The translations under genes were made by a program, and so were the position numbers. A stretch of 64,000 nucleotides of DNA from Cetorhinus maximus. Its lineage: Eukaryota. A model generated the notes under the pieces. The model was not told where the DNA came from and searched no databases. It worked only from the letters and a program-made list of their open reading frames with translations. The DNA lies in contig NC_135903.1 of assembly GCF_964194155.1 (NCBI RefSeq), forward strand, positions 31,868,001-31,932,000. The letters run 5' to 3'. This document shows, in pieces, positions 1 to 11,000 of the stretch. The number at the start of each line of letters is the position of its first letter. Positions within the stretch are counted from its first letter, which is position 1.

Positions 1-129
1 GTATACCATCTTTGTCTGAGTGATCAGCAGCGGGAAGAGGTGGCACTGGAGGCCCTGGTTGGGGTGCAGTGTGCGCATGCAAAGTCCATATGCAATTTGT
101 CTGAATGAATGATCTTCTCTCTTTCTCAG

Positions 130-2329
130 GAGAAGAATGCTCATAACGCCCCCGAGGGTGCGAGGCCAGGCATACCTCTCCATATTAATCCGGTTCGAGC
201 AGGAGGCCCTTGAGCTGGAGAGGCGGCATGCACCCAGGTATACTGGTGTCGGTGAGACTAGGGTGACACGGCCAGGTATTTAAAGCCAACAGTGAGGTCT
301 GCATTGTCTTCCCAACAGCCATAGCACTGATGATTGTTAAATTAGTTATTGGTGTAACATTGCTGGGTCATAGTCATACAGTCATAGGGGTCTACAGCGT
401 AGAAAAAGGCCCTTCAGCCCAATGAGTCTGCACCGGTCAAACAAGTACCTAACTATTCTAATCCCATTTTCCAGCACTAGGCCCATAGCACTGTATGCCA
501 TGGCATTGCAAGCGCACATCCAAATACTTGTTAAATATTATGAGGGTTTCTGCCTCTACCACCCTTTCATGCAGTGAGTTCCAGATTCCCACCACCCTCT
601 GGGTGAATAAATTCTTCCTCACATCCCCTCTAAACCTCCTGCCCCTTACCTTAAATCTATGTCCACTGGTTATTGATCCCTCCACCAAGGGGAAAAGTTC
701 CTTCCTGTCTACCCTATCTATGCCCTTCATAATTTTATACACCTCAATCATGTCCCCCCCTCAATCTCCTCTGCTCCAGGGAAAATAACCCCAGTCTATC
801 CAATCTCTCCTCATAACTAAAACTCTCCAGCCCAGGCAACATCCTGGTAAATCTCTGCGCTCTCTCTAGTGCAATCACATCCTTCCTATAATGTGGATTC
901 CAGAACGGTGCACAATGCTCTTAGTGGTCTAACCAGCGTTTTATACAGTTCCAGCATAACCTCCCTGCTCTTATATTCTATGCCTCAGCTAATAAAGGCA
1001 AGTATCCCATGTGCCTTCTTAACCACCTCAAGTACCTGTCCCGCTACCTTAAGGGACCTGTGGACATGCACACCAAGGTCCCTCTGATCCTCGGTACTTC
1101 CCAGGATCCTACCATTCATCGTGTATTCCTGTGCCTCGTTTGTCCTGCTCAAGTGCATCACCTCACACTTATCCGGATTCAATTCCATTTGCCACTGACC
1201 AGCCCATCTAACCAGCCCATCTATATCCTCCTGTAATCTAAGGGTATCCTCCTCACTATTTACCACCCCACAATTTTCGTGTCAATTGTTTCTGGAACAT
1301 TGAGCGCATAATGAGCCGGGGGGATAGGGCTGAAGTTTGTCAGTGTGTGCACACGAACCGATCTACTTTCCTTGTTCTTCCTTTCAGCATCATCGGAGCA
1401 GGGCAGGGAGGAGGAGCAGCAGAGGTCCCCCTCTCACACTTGAGGGCCCTGAAGTCTCACCAGCGTCACACCGTTTCTACGAGGCAGGCACCAACGCAGA
1501 TACTAGCACCTCGGTGGGAATTGGGACATCGGCTAGTGTCCCAGGGCACAGCAGTGAGGGCACTTCGCAGTTGCTGAAGGAGCTGGCAGAGACAGAGAGT
1601 GCCCATGGCACCAGCAGTCGGAGGGCTGCAGGGGATCAGGCACATGCTCAGTTGGTGCCTGATGATGAGCCTCTGGAGTCGTCCACAGGAAATGCGGCCG
1701 AGTGTGCGGGAGCATCTGGGGGAGATACATGAGGCTATGCTTGGCTTGGTCTCCATGGTGGAGGAGTCTACGCGGACGATCGCCGAAGCAATGAGCCACA
1801 TGTCCAAGCGCCATGCGTCCTCCATGGAGAGAGTGGTGACTCTTGTGGAGAGGCTCCTCCAGGAGACCTGTCAGGGCTTCCTGGGGATGCGCTCTGACCA
1901 GCAAACCCTCACATCGGCATTGACCTCAGCTGGTCAGTGCCAGCGTGGGAGATGGTGTGGGCATAAGCTTCCCAGCTTGTTGCCCATCCATCCACGGTGA
2001 GCAGGGAGGTCCGAGGCAACCTCATGTTGGCACAGCAGCTGCCTGGTGTCTCCTCTCAGGGCGCTCTGGATGACCGAAGCAGCTCCTCCACCCCTCTCCC
2101 AGTGACCGTATCACCTGGTGAGGCTGCGACAATTGGGGAGATGCCAGCTTTGGAACTGGCAGCTCCCTCCCAGGCGGGGCCAGCACAGGCTCCACAGGCC
2201 AGAGGACGACCGCCAAGGTCATCGAGGCCAATAGGACAGCAGAGTCAGCAGGCTGTCTTAGATGCCACTCTGAGTGATGGGGCAGCACCAAGACGTAGTA
2301 CCCAGAAACGAAAGCATAAGGCACCTTAG
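130..2329 (+). pseudogene. Harbinger Myb/SANT-like partner gene remnant (internal and last exons)
   Basis: Acceptor ctttctcag|GAGAAGAATGCTCATAAC (EKNAHN...FEQEALEL), donor at ~275, acceptor ctttcag at ~1388. Frameshifted coiled-coil/low-complexity ORFs end in a basic tail STQKRKHKAP*. Same exon layout as the element at 45270-49560. Confidence 0.6.
370..1285 (-). mobile_element. CR1-type LINE 3' fragment inserted in the Harbinger element
   Basis: RT C-terminal peptides (LQEDIDGLVRWAGQWQMELNPDKCEVMH; FTQRVVGIWNSL). Short tandem-repeat tail (catagt/cataca) at ~370. Confidence 0.88.
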
Positions 2330-2651
2330 GCACATCACGGGTTTCTCACTGGTGCTTTTGTGTTGGCCCGAGATTAGGTTGTTATGATTTATTTTTGATT
2401 GTTTCCACTATTGTTTAATAATTGTGAGAACTTCTGAGTCACACATTAAATGCCAGGTGTGTGACCATGGCTGAGGGTGGCTTGTTTCTTCTGCATGTGT
2501 ATGTTTAAGAAAAGCGTCATGAGTGTTTCTTTGGACATTCAACTTTATGTACAAGATCCTTAGTTCCTGCTGATGACCTGGCAGATTTTGCACAGGTGTC
2601 AAGTATCGAGGCGCCAGGCAAGGCTGGCCCTGGTGATCCATCTGTGTTGTG

Positions 2652-3875
2652 CTAGCTGAAGGTTTGTTGGATTAAAGCATCCCGGGAGTCCCTGCCTCCC
2701 TGGAGCAGTCCCGGGTCAGCACCTACCCCCTCAGCATTTCCCTGTTCATGCTCATCCTCGGACTCACTTCTGGACTCATCGTGTGCAGCCACAGACACTG
2801 CGTCGACGTCTTCATCGTCCACTGCGTCCCCCCTTTCCAGCGCAAGATTGTGGAGAGTGCAGCATGCTACCACTATCACTGAGACACGATCTGGGGGGTA
2901 CTGGAGTGCGCCCCCTGAGCAATCCAGGCATCGGAAGCACATCCTGAGAAGACCGATGGCTCTTTCCACCACAGCCCTTGTGGTGCCGTGGTTCCTATTG
3001 TACCGCTGCTCAGTTTATGTTCTTGGATGGCGGAGAGGTGTCATGAGCCACCTTCTGAGGGGATAGCCCGTGTCACCCAGCAGCCAACCATCCAGCCGGG
3101 CTGGAGCACTGAAGAGCCCCGGCACCTGGGAGTGTCTGAGGATGTAGGCGTTGTGGGAGCTGCCTGGGTACCTTGCACAGACTTGTAGAATCAGCATCCT
3201 GTGATCACACACTATCTGCACGTTCATGGAGTGGAAGCCCTTCCTGTTGACAAAGGCACCAGGCTCACCTGCTGGCGCTCTGATGGCCACATGTGTACAG
3301 TCTATTGCACCCTGGACACGGGGGATGCCAGCAATGGCCGCGAAGCCTCTGGCTCGCTGTGTCTGGCTTGCCTGGTCCCAATGGAAGTGGATGAAGGTCA
3401 ATGCCCGTCTGAACAGAGCGTCTGTAACCTGCTTGACACAAGTGTGGACAGCTGATTGGGAGACACCACAAAGATCACCCACCGAGCCCTGGAAGGAGCC
3501 AGAGGCATAGAAGTTGAGGGCAACTGTGACCTTCAGAGCCACTGGCATGTGATGTCCACCCAAACAGTTAGGGGAGATCTCAGGGATAATCATCTGACAG
3601 ATATAATTGACTTGACAGTTGGAGCCCCCTTCAGCACAGCACCTCAGTCATATTGAGGTAACTGTTTCGCCGCCTGTATTCTCTGGCAGCAGGATCGTGG
3701 CATCTTCTGCGGCCCCTTCCACCTTGGACAACCTCTTGGCCCTGTGCCCCTTGTGCCTGCGCCTGTCCTCCCAAAGGTGGCTCCCCTGGAGGCTGAATGT
3801 GCACTCCTGGCTCCTCCTTCCAGCTCTCCCTTCCTCCTTCGAGGAGCTGCCTCCAGTGGACAGATCAGATCCCAT
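2652..3875 (-). pseudogene. Harbinger (HARBI1-like) transposase, disrupted
   Basis: ALNFYASGSFQ HTH region, GAIDCTHV, FVNRKGFHSMNVQ, LLGDTGYP, VERAIGLLRMCFRCL. ORFs 3015-3593 and 2652-2972 are in the same frame, split by one stop at 3015-3017. The N-terminus is frameshifted. Confidence 0.9.
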
Positions 3876-4326
3876 ACCCAGGCTGAGGGAAGGCTTCCTG
3901 AAAGCTACAGTCCTGCAAAAGATTCCTCACTGCAGAGTGCTGACCAGAAAAGGCTGCTGGGGTGCGTTCTGAAGTACTGCAGATCACACAGGCAAGTTTA
4001 AAATACTTTCTCCAATAAATACTTCACAAAGCAGATTCACGACCCCACTGAGCCCTCTTAACCCGCCCATGGATGAGGTTAATAGAAAAATCTCCGACCG
4101 GCCTGCCCGTTGCACCCGTGCGCCAACCCGAAGATTGGATGAGCGCCGAAAAATCGTCGTCGATTGAAGACTAAGGGACCTTAGCTGGCCCGGTAATTAA
4201 TGGAGAGCAGGCGTCGAACTTCATCGCGCACCAGCCCAGCGAAATATCGCGATGGCACGCGGTGACATCGGTACACTCGCCCAATGTCACTGCACGTCAT
4301 TTTATGTGCGGATATGTGGGGCCTGC

Positions 4327-5422
4327 CCCCCCTTAACCTCCCCACCCCCAAACCCCCTCCCCCTCCCCCTCCACCCCCACCTCCCTCCCCCTCCCCTTCC
4401 ACCCTCCCACCCCCTCCCACCTCCCCATCCACCCCCACACCCCTACACCCCCACCCCCTCCTCCTCCACCACCCTCCCCCTCCTCCACCATCCTCCTCTA
4501 CCCCCTCCCACCTCCCCATCCACCCCCACACCCCTACACCCCCACCCCCTCCTCCTCCACCACCCTCCCCCTCCTCCACCCCCACACCCCCTCCGCCTCC
4601 CCCTCCCCCTCCACCCCCACCTCCCTCCCCCTCCCCTTCCACCCTCCCACCCCCTCCACCCCCCACCCCCTCCCCCTCCACCCCCCTCCCCATCCACCCC
4701 CCACCCCCCACCCCCCTACCCATCCACCCCTCACCCCCTCCCCCTCCCCTCCACCCTCCTCCTCTACCCCCTCCCACCTCCCCATCCACCCCCACACCCC
4801 TCCCCCCCTACACCCCCACCCCCCTCCTCCTCCACCACCCTCCCCCTCCTCCACCCCCACACCCTCCCCCTCCCCCTTCCACCTCCCCCCACCACCCTCC
4901 CCCTCCACTCCAACCCCCCTCCCGACCCCCCCACCCCCCCATCCCACCCCCCTCCACTCCCCCACAAACCCCCTCCTCCCCACCCCCCCGCCCCCCCTCC
5001 CCACCCCCCCCGCCCCCCTCCACACCCCCCTCTCCATCCCCCCACACCACTCCAACAACCCACCCCTCCCCCCGACCCCCCTCCCCCTCCACTCCCCCAC
5101 CCCCCTCCCCCTCCACTCCCCCACCCCCTCCCCCTCCCTCTCCTCCCCACCCCTCTCCCCCTTCCCCCCACCCCTCTCCCCCTCACCGCTCTCCCCCTCC
5201 CCCTCCACACCCACACCCCTCGACCCCACCCCCTCCACGCCCCACCCCCTCCCCCTCCACCTCCACCTCCATCTCCCCCCTCCACCCTCCCCCTCCCCCT
5301 CCACCGCCCACCACCCTCCCCCTCCACCCCCCCACACCCTCCCCCTCCACCATCCCACCCCCTCCCCCTCCACCCTCCCACCCCTCTCCATCCCCCACCC
5401 CCACCCTCCCCCTCCCCCACCC
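4327..5422. repeat. C-rich low-complexity tract (G-rich on minus strand), unit 1
   Basis: ~1.1 kb of C runs broken by single A/T, with internal imperfect repeats. Confidence 0.95.
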
Positions 5423-6747
5423 CTGACACAATGCAGGAAAATTACCAATTAGATAAATAAGCAGTTTATATATTTTTTTTCAATCTAGGGTTTTGAGATA
5501 CAATATTGAGTATAATGAGACTGCCACCACCTTCCTTCAAGTGAAGCTTTTAAAAAAGTGCTTCAGTCTATATTAATAGTTCAACATCTGCATTTGAAAG
5601 CAGTTCTCCAAAAGTGAAAGGCAACTTTAGATTGTTGGTCTAGATTCAATGTGATGCAAAGTACACTCAGTACCTCAATAAAATATTTGTTTGCCAATGC
5701 AGGTTATGGATCAGGGTTATTAGTGGATTTTGATTTATTAATGGCATTATATAGCCTCTTATTTTCATAATGTATTCCGATCAGAGGGTTATTTATAACC
5801 TTGTTGGCAGGCTTCCAAGAAATTACAGGTGAGTTTTTCCACTCCTTGCCCCCACAACTGGCCAACATTCTATGGGCTTTATATTTCATGTAATGAACTA
5901 AGATATTGGTATAGATCCTAGAGGTCATCTTACCTAAGACCAATCAATGGTTTGATGCCATATCCTAATTTAATAATGATTTCACCAACTTAACTGAGCT
6001 GTTACTAGGCAACCGCAAGTTGCCAACTTTGACATTTCATGTTATACCTGAAGTTCCTGAAAGGAATTTAACATTCAGATTGTGCTAGAAGTATAGAACA
6101 TACAAAAATTAATTTGATGTTACCTCCACCTATAAAGTAGGACCAATTATGCAATACATTTTTGGTGTTTTGAATTTTTGGAAAAGGGAGAACTGATACA
6201 ATTAAAGAGTAGTTGTGGGGAGTTTGAAGGTTTTAATGCATTTGTTTTCTACTTTCTACTGTTATGTGGTGGACACACTAGAGGCAATGAGTGTGACAGA
6301 GTAGCTGACTTCAGGTCTGAATGCAAATAATATGTCACTTTATTAGAATTAAATGAATGTACACAACATTTGAAATTACTATTACAACTAAACAGTTTAA
6401 AGTGCTTTGAGGACTTCATATTATACAAAAAGAAGAAAGGTAAGATTTGATTTTGAGTCCCAAATGTTGCTTGATTTTCTTGGATGCAGTGCTGGCTGGA
6501 TTGCGTAATGGAACATTGTGTGATGGATTATAGCACCGATCAATATCATCATTACCCTGGTGGAACAACATTCAGACATCCAATTATGAAATGGCATTGA
6601 AGCAGCTACAATGAAGTTTGCAGCCTTACAAAGCCATTCTTGCCCAGGCACGAAGGCCAGGCAATGGACGACAGCAGTCAGAGTGAAAATGCAGTTGAAT
6701 ATCAGGAGATATAAAGGACAAAGCAGTCCTCTTTATTGGGACCCTAT

Positions 6748-7160
6748 CCACCACCTTAAACATTCATTCCCTTCACCATTGATGCACAGTAGCAGCAGTG
6801 TGTACTATCTACAAGATGCACTGTGGCAACTCGTCAAGCCTGCTTTGACAACACCTTCCAAATCCATGACCTCTAACACCTAGAAGGACAAGAGTAGCAG
6901 AGGCATGGGAACACCACCATCTACAAGCTCCCCTCCAAGCAACGCACCATCCTGACTTGGAAATATATCACTATTCCTTCATTGTTGCTAGGTCAAAATC
7001 CTGGAACTCCCTTCCAAACAGCTTTGTGGGTGTATCAATATTACATGGACTGCAGTGGTTCAAGAAGGAGGCTCACCACCACTTTCTCAAGGGCAATTAG
7101 GGATGGGCAATAAATGCAGGCTTAGCCAACAACACCCACATCCAGCGAAAGAATACAAAA
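6748..7160 (+). mobile_element. LINE 3' end fragment (truncated copies at ~17806-18120 and ~29071-29385)
   Basis: RT-tail-like sequence ending ctcaagggcaattagggatgggcaataaatg...A-rich. The same tail occurs at ~8765-8835 and, reversed, at ~39370-39460. Clade not determined. Confidence 0.6.
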
Positions 7161-8073
7161 CAAAGATAATTCAAAAGCATGAATATGCATCATAACCAAC
7201 AGGAAACATATTTACAAATGTTATGTCCCCAATCCTAAATGTTGACAATTGTATCCAAAGGATTAGAGTATTCCTTTTTTAAATCGATTCCCCATTTACT
7301 ATTCTTTACTCTCTCGGTCAACTCCAGATTGCTCTTCCTATGCTAAATGAGACCAAGCTGAGTGAGCAACAGACTCTCACGCCTTTCTTTGCTGCTGTGT
7401 GTGTGCCAGTCACTGGTGCCAGCTTTCTCCACTGATCACACTCAGCTGCATGAAGAGTGCACCTGGGTCACTATATTATTGCTAAAAGCACATTACTTAA
7501 CCCTATGCCCTCACCTTTTCAAGTTGCTGCTTGAAGAGTGTAGCTAGCTCATACTGGGACTCAGCAGCCAAGTCTGTCTATTGTTCTAAAATAGGCCCAC
7601 AGTTTGTTCCGCCACATTAAGGAACAAGGTAACTAACTAGACAGTTACTCGTTAAGAAATACATAATTTCTCTGCATATTTTTACATCTTTTTGCACACT
7701 AAAATGTTGAAACTCAATTGAAAATAATATCTAGTAACTAATAAAAAAAAATACAAATGTCCCAAAAATCTGAAATAAAAAACAGAGACAACACAGAAAA
7801 ATAAGCAGGAAAACCAGACAGTTCATCAGCATCAGAAAAGAGAATTGCGTTTAACATTTCGTTGAACTGAATCTCTGTCTGTCTGCTTCTCTCTGTTTGG
7901 GTTTTCACTCTGTCTGTCTCACACATCTCTTCCTGTTACTCTCTCTCTTTTCTCTTTTCAGATGTTGAAAGAGCTGCTGTTCAGTTTCAGTATTTCCTGT
8001 GTTTTCTTTTTTAAACACTCAACAGTGCTGGGAAGTTCATAAAGATATTTCCAAGTTTCGTAACTTCCGAGAT

Positions 8074-11000
8074 CTATAGGAGCTTCTTTCCCTCGCGGTT
8101 TACAATTTGAGAGACACAGTACGGGACAAATGCCACGGCTGCCAGAGGCACTGCAGCACTTTTACAGAAAGACAGTAAGTAAAAGAGGAATTCTCTCTGT
8201 GTCGGGGGCTTCATGGAGTCAAACAGGTGCAGGATGATCAAGGACGTCACCATGCAACTTAGTCTGAAGTTGAACTGCTGGCTTCTCTTTCCTTTGCAGC
8301 TTTCTGCATACATGGGGGAGTTGAGAGCTAATCCCAATCCAAACAGGGCTCCCATGTTCCTGACCAGACCAGCGAAGGGAGTGCTGTCAATGTGGACCCA
8401 TTCTGCTCGGGCGCACCATCTCTGGGCTTTCTCCACGGACCACAGCAGATCCACTCCCACCAATTTCAACAGCAGGTAAAAGCCCAGAGCGAAGGAAAAC
8501 AGGGAGAGGGTGATCTTCAGATACTGCTTGAAGGTTACGTTGTAGATTGCATTAATCCGATCAAACACTTCGGCCACAGCCAATCCTATGTATGAAAATT
8601 TACAGTTAATATTTCAGATATTTATATCATTGGTAGAGAGATAGCATATATGTATGTACAATATAAATGTGTGCCAATAGCAGAGTCACTTTATGAGGAT
8701 CTATTGTAGTGTATTTGAAATATAAATCATCATTATTTTAATACAATTTTCCATCTCACCTTGACCTTCTCAAGGGGAATTAGGGATGGGCAATGAATGC
8801 TGGCCTAGCCAACGAAGCCCACATCCCGTGAACAAAAACAAACAGCTTCAATGCTGTGTTTATTTTTTCAATGCAGAAGAGCTTTCAATGATTTAGAGGA
8901 CCTGGGGGTAGAAATTTGTCTGGAGTGGTGGCGTAAAATGGGCAATTTCAGATTAGTCCCCTGATGTACACAGCACCTGCTATTCATTTCCATTGAGTCC
9001 AGAGTCACTAAAGTTATCCTTATTGGAAAGTGTCAGTTTTAGACACTGCAACCAAGTAGTTATTGAATCAATTATGTTTTAATTCCTTGAGAATTGAGTT
9101 ATGTAGACTATCAGCAATGGGAACAGAAGTTCAAATTAATACAAGCTAAATCAATGCACAATTAATAGAGTTTTTATTGTTATATTTTCAATTGAAAGAA
9201 GGAATCCTGACCTGAAATAACCCCCAAGATGACCTGATGTGGGAAGTGAGCAGCCAGAAACACTCTGGATGCACAGACACAGACTTGAATCAGCCAGAAC
9301 ACTGTCCAAAGCAGTACATGGAGACACCTGGAAAATGAGAAGGTAATTATTGTACAGTTAATCAAAGAATGAGTCCATTACAATGAAAAGTCATGAGGGA
9401 TTATGGCACCATTCATCCTTCATCCAACGAGCTAATATCCATCCATATGCATTTTTATCTATCTGTACTATAGATTAAACTATGTAGACGCTATTGGAAA
9501 AACTGTAGTTTAAGATCTTAACACCCAAGTACCTGCACCTACACTATCTTTATTTGAATCAGCTTTATTACTGCTGTGGGGCAGTTCCTCAGTAAAAGAG
9601 ATTCATCATTAAAATGAAAAGATAAGAATTAGCAAAGTAACTTCTTAGTATCAATCTTTTTTTTAAGTTTAATGCAGTTATTTATTACACTAAAGTTACA
9701 CTAATATAAAGTTATATCAATATGTATTGGGTTTAGTAACTGACTGAGAATCAGCTCTCCCCCCAAAACTGGGGAGGTCAGAATGGACATAATGTACACA
9801 TGGTACAAGATCCCTAATCATAAATAGCATTTATGGGAATTCAAGACAATCCACAGAACATTGTACTGAAACTACCTGCACATAAACATTTCTAAAACAT
9901 TTATCAAGATCAGACACAACTTGATAAATGTGAGAGTGTTGAGTTTAAACATAATTAACCTTTATGCATACACACCTACAGCACTGACATACAGAATTGC
10001 ATACATGTTGAACTGCGTCCACACCTGACATAAAGAGCTGCACTTTATGTGCACAAACCCATATCAATCCAAACAAGCCTAATATATTGAAGCAGTACTG
10101 TAGAAGCCTTGTATGTGCATATAATATTTTGAAATCTTACCATTTTTGGAAGCAGGGCTTCTTTTTTTGGAATCCAATTGTCAGGAATGCTGTGACCATC
10201 ACATACCAGACACCAGATGAACCCATTGCATGGCCAGATGGACTTCCTGTCAAACACATCATACAAAGGCTCAATTATAAAATGGTGTTTTCCATTGTTA
10301 ATCATTTAAATAATACTTTGTAATGCTTTTTAACATGTCCCTTCCTATTGCTGCACTATTCCATCCAGTGTCCCCCAAGGATCTATCCTTGGTCCCTTCC
10401 TACCTGTCCCTTCATGACGAAAGCACAGTGTTGGTTTACACATCTACACTGACGACACCCAGCTCTACCTTCGCCTCCTCTCAACACCTCCATTGTCCCC
10501 AAATTGTCAGACTCCTCATCCAACATCCAGTACTGGATGAACAGTAACTTCCTCCCATTAAATATTGGGAAGACTGAAGCCGTTGTCTTTGCTCCCTGCT
10601 TCAAACTCCATTCCCTAGTTCCTAACATCACCCTTTTCCATGCAGATGCCTGAGACTAAACCAGACTGCTTGCAACTCTGGTGTCATATTTGACCCCAAG
10701 ATGATTTTCCTGCCTCAAATCTGTACTATGACTAAGACTGCCTATTTCCACCATCGTAACATCAGCGACTTCACCCTGCCTCAGCTTATCTGCTGCTGAA
10801 ACCCTCAGTCATTTCCTTGCTACCTCCAGACTTGACCGATTCCAGCACACTAAGTTGTAATCCCACGTTGCCCCTCCATAAACTTAAGGTCATTCAAAAC
10901 TCTCCTGCCCGTATCCTTATTTGCACCAAATCTTGTTCACCTGTCACCCCTGAACTTGCTAGGGTTGCACTGGCTCCCTATCAAGTGACGCCTAGAATTA

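Larger units (their letters stand above)
1..4330. mobile_element. PIF/Harbinger DNA transposon (left end outside window) with convergent Myb/SANT-like and transposase genes, degenerate
   Basis: Minus-strand DDE transposase plus plus-strand spliced Myb/SANT-partner remnants, the two-gene layout typical of Harbinger. CpG-rich subterminal region at ~4050-4330 resembles the MITE ends at ~44100-44243 and ~55650-55827. Confidence 0.88.

Noticed and set aside
2652-3593. Domesticated HARBI1/NAIF1 host genes
   Set aside because: Stops, frameshifts, nested LINEs, TIR/subterminal context and multiple copies indicate decayed transposons.
4181-5460. Long Pro-rich and Gly-rich ORFs (up to 402 aa; also at 15932-16514 and 26977-27780)
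   Set aside because: Open in nearly all frames because C/G-run DNA lacks stop codons, and not conserved between units.
8213-8595. Plus-strand ORFs recurring in all units opposite exon 5, and other short repeated ORFs
   Set aside because: Antisense or shadow frames. They recur only because of the segmental duplication.
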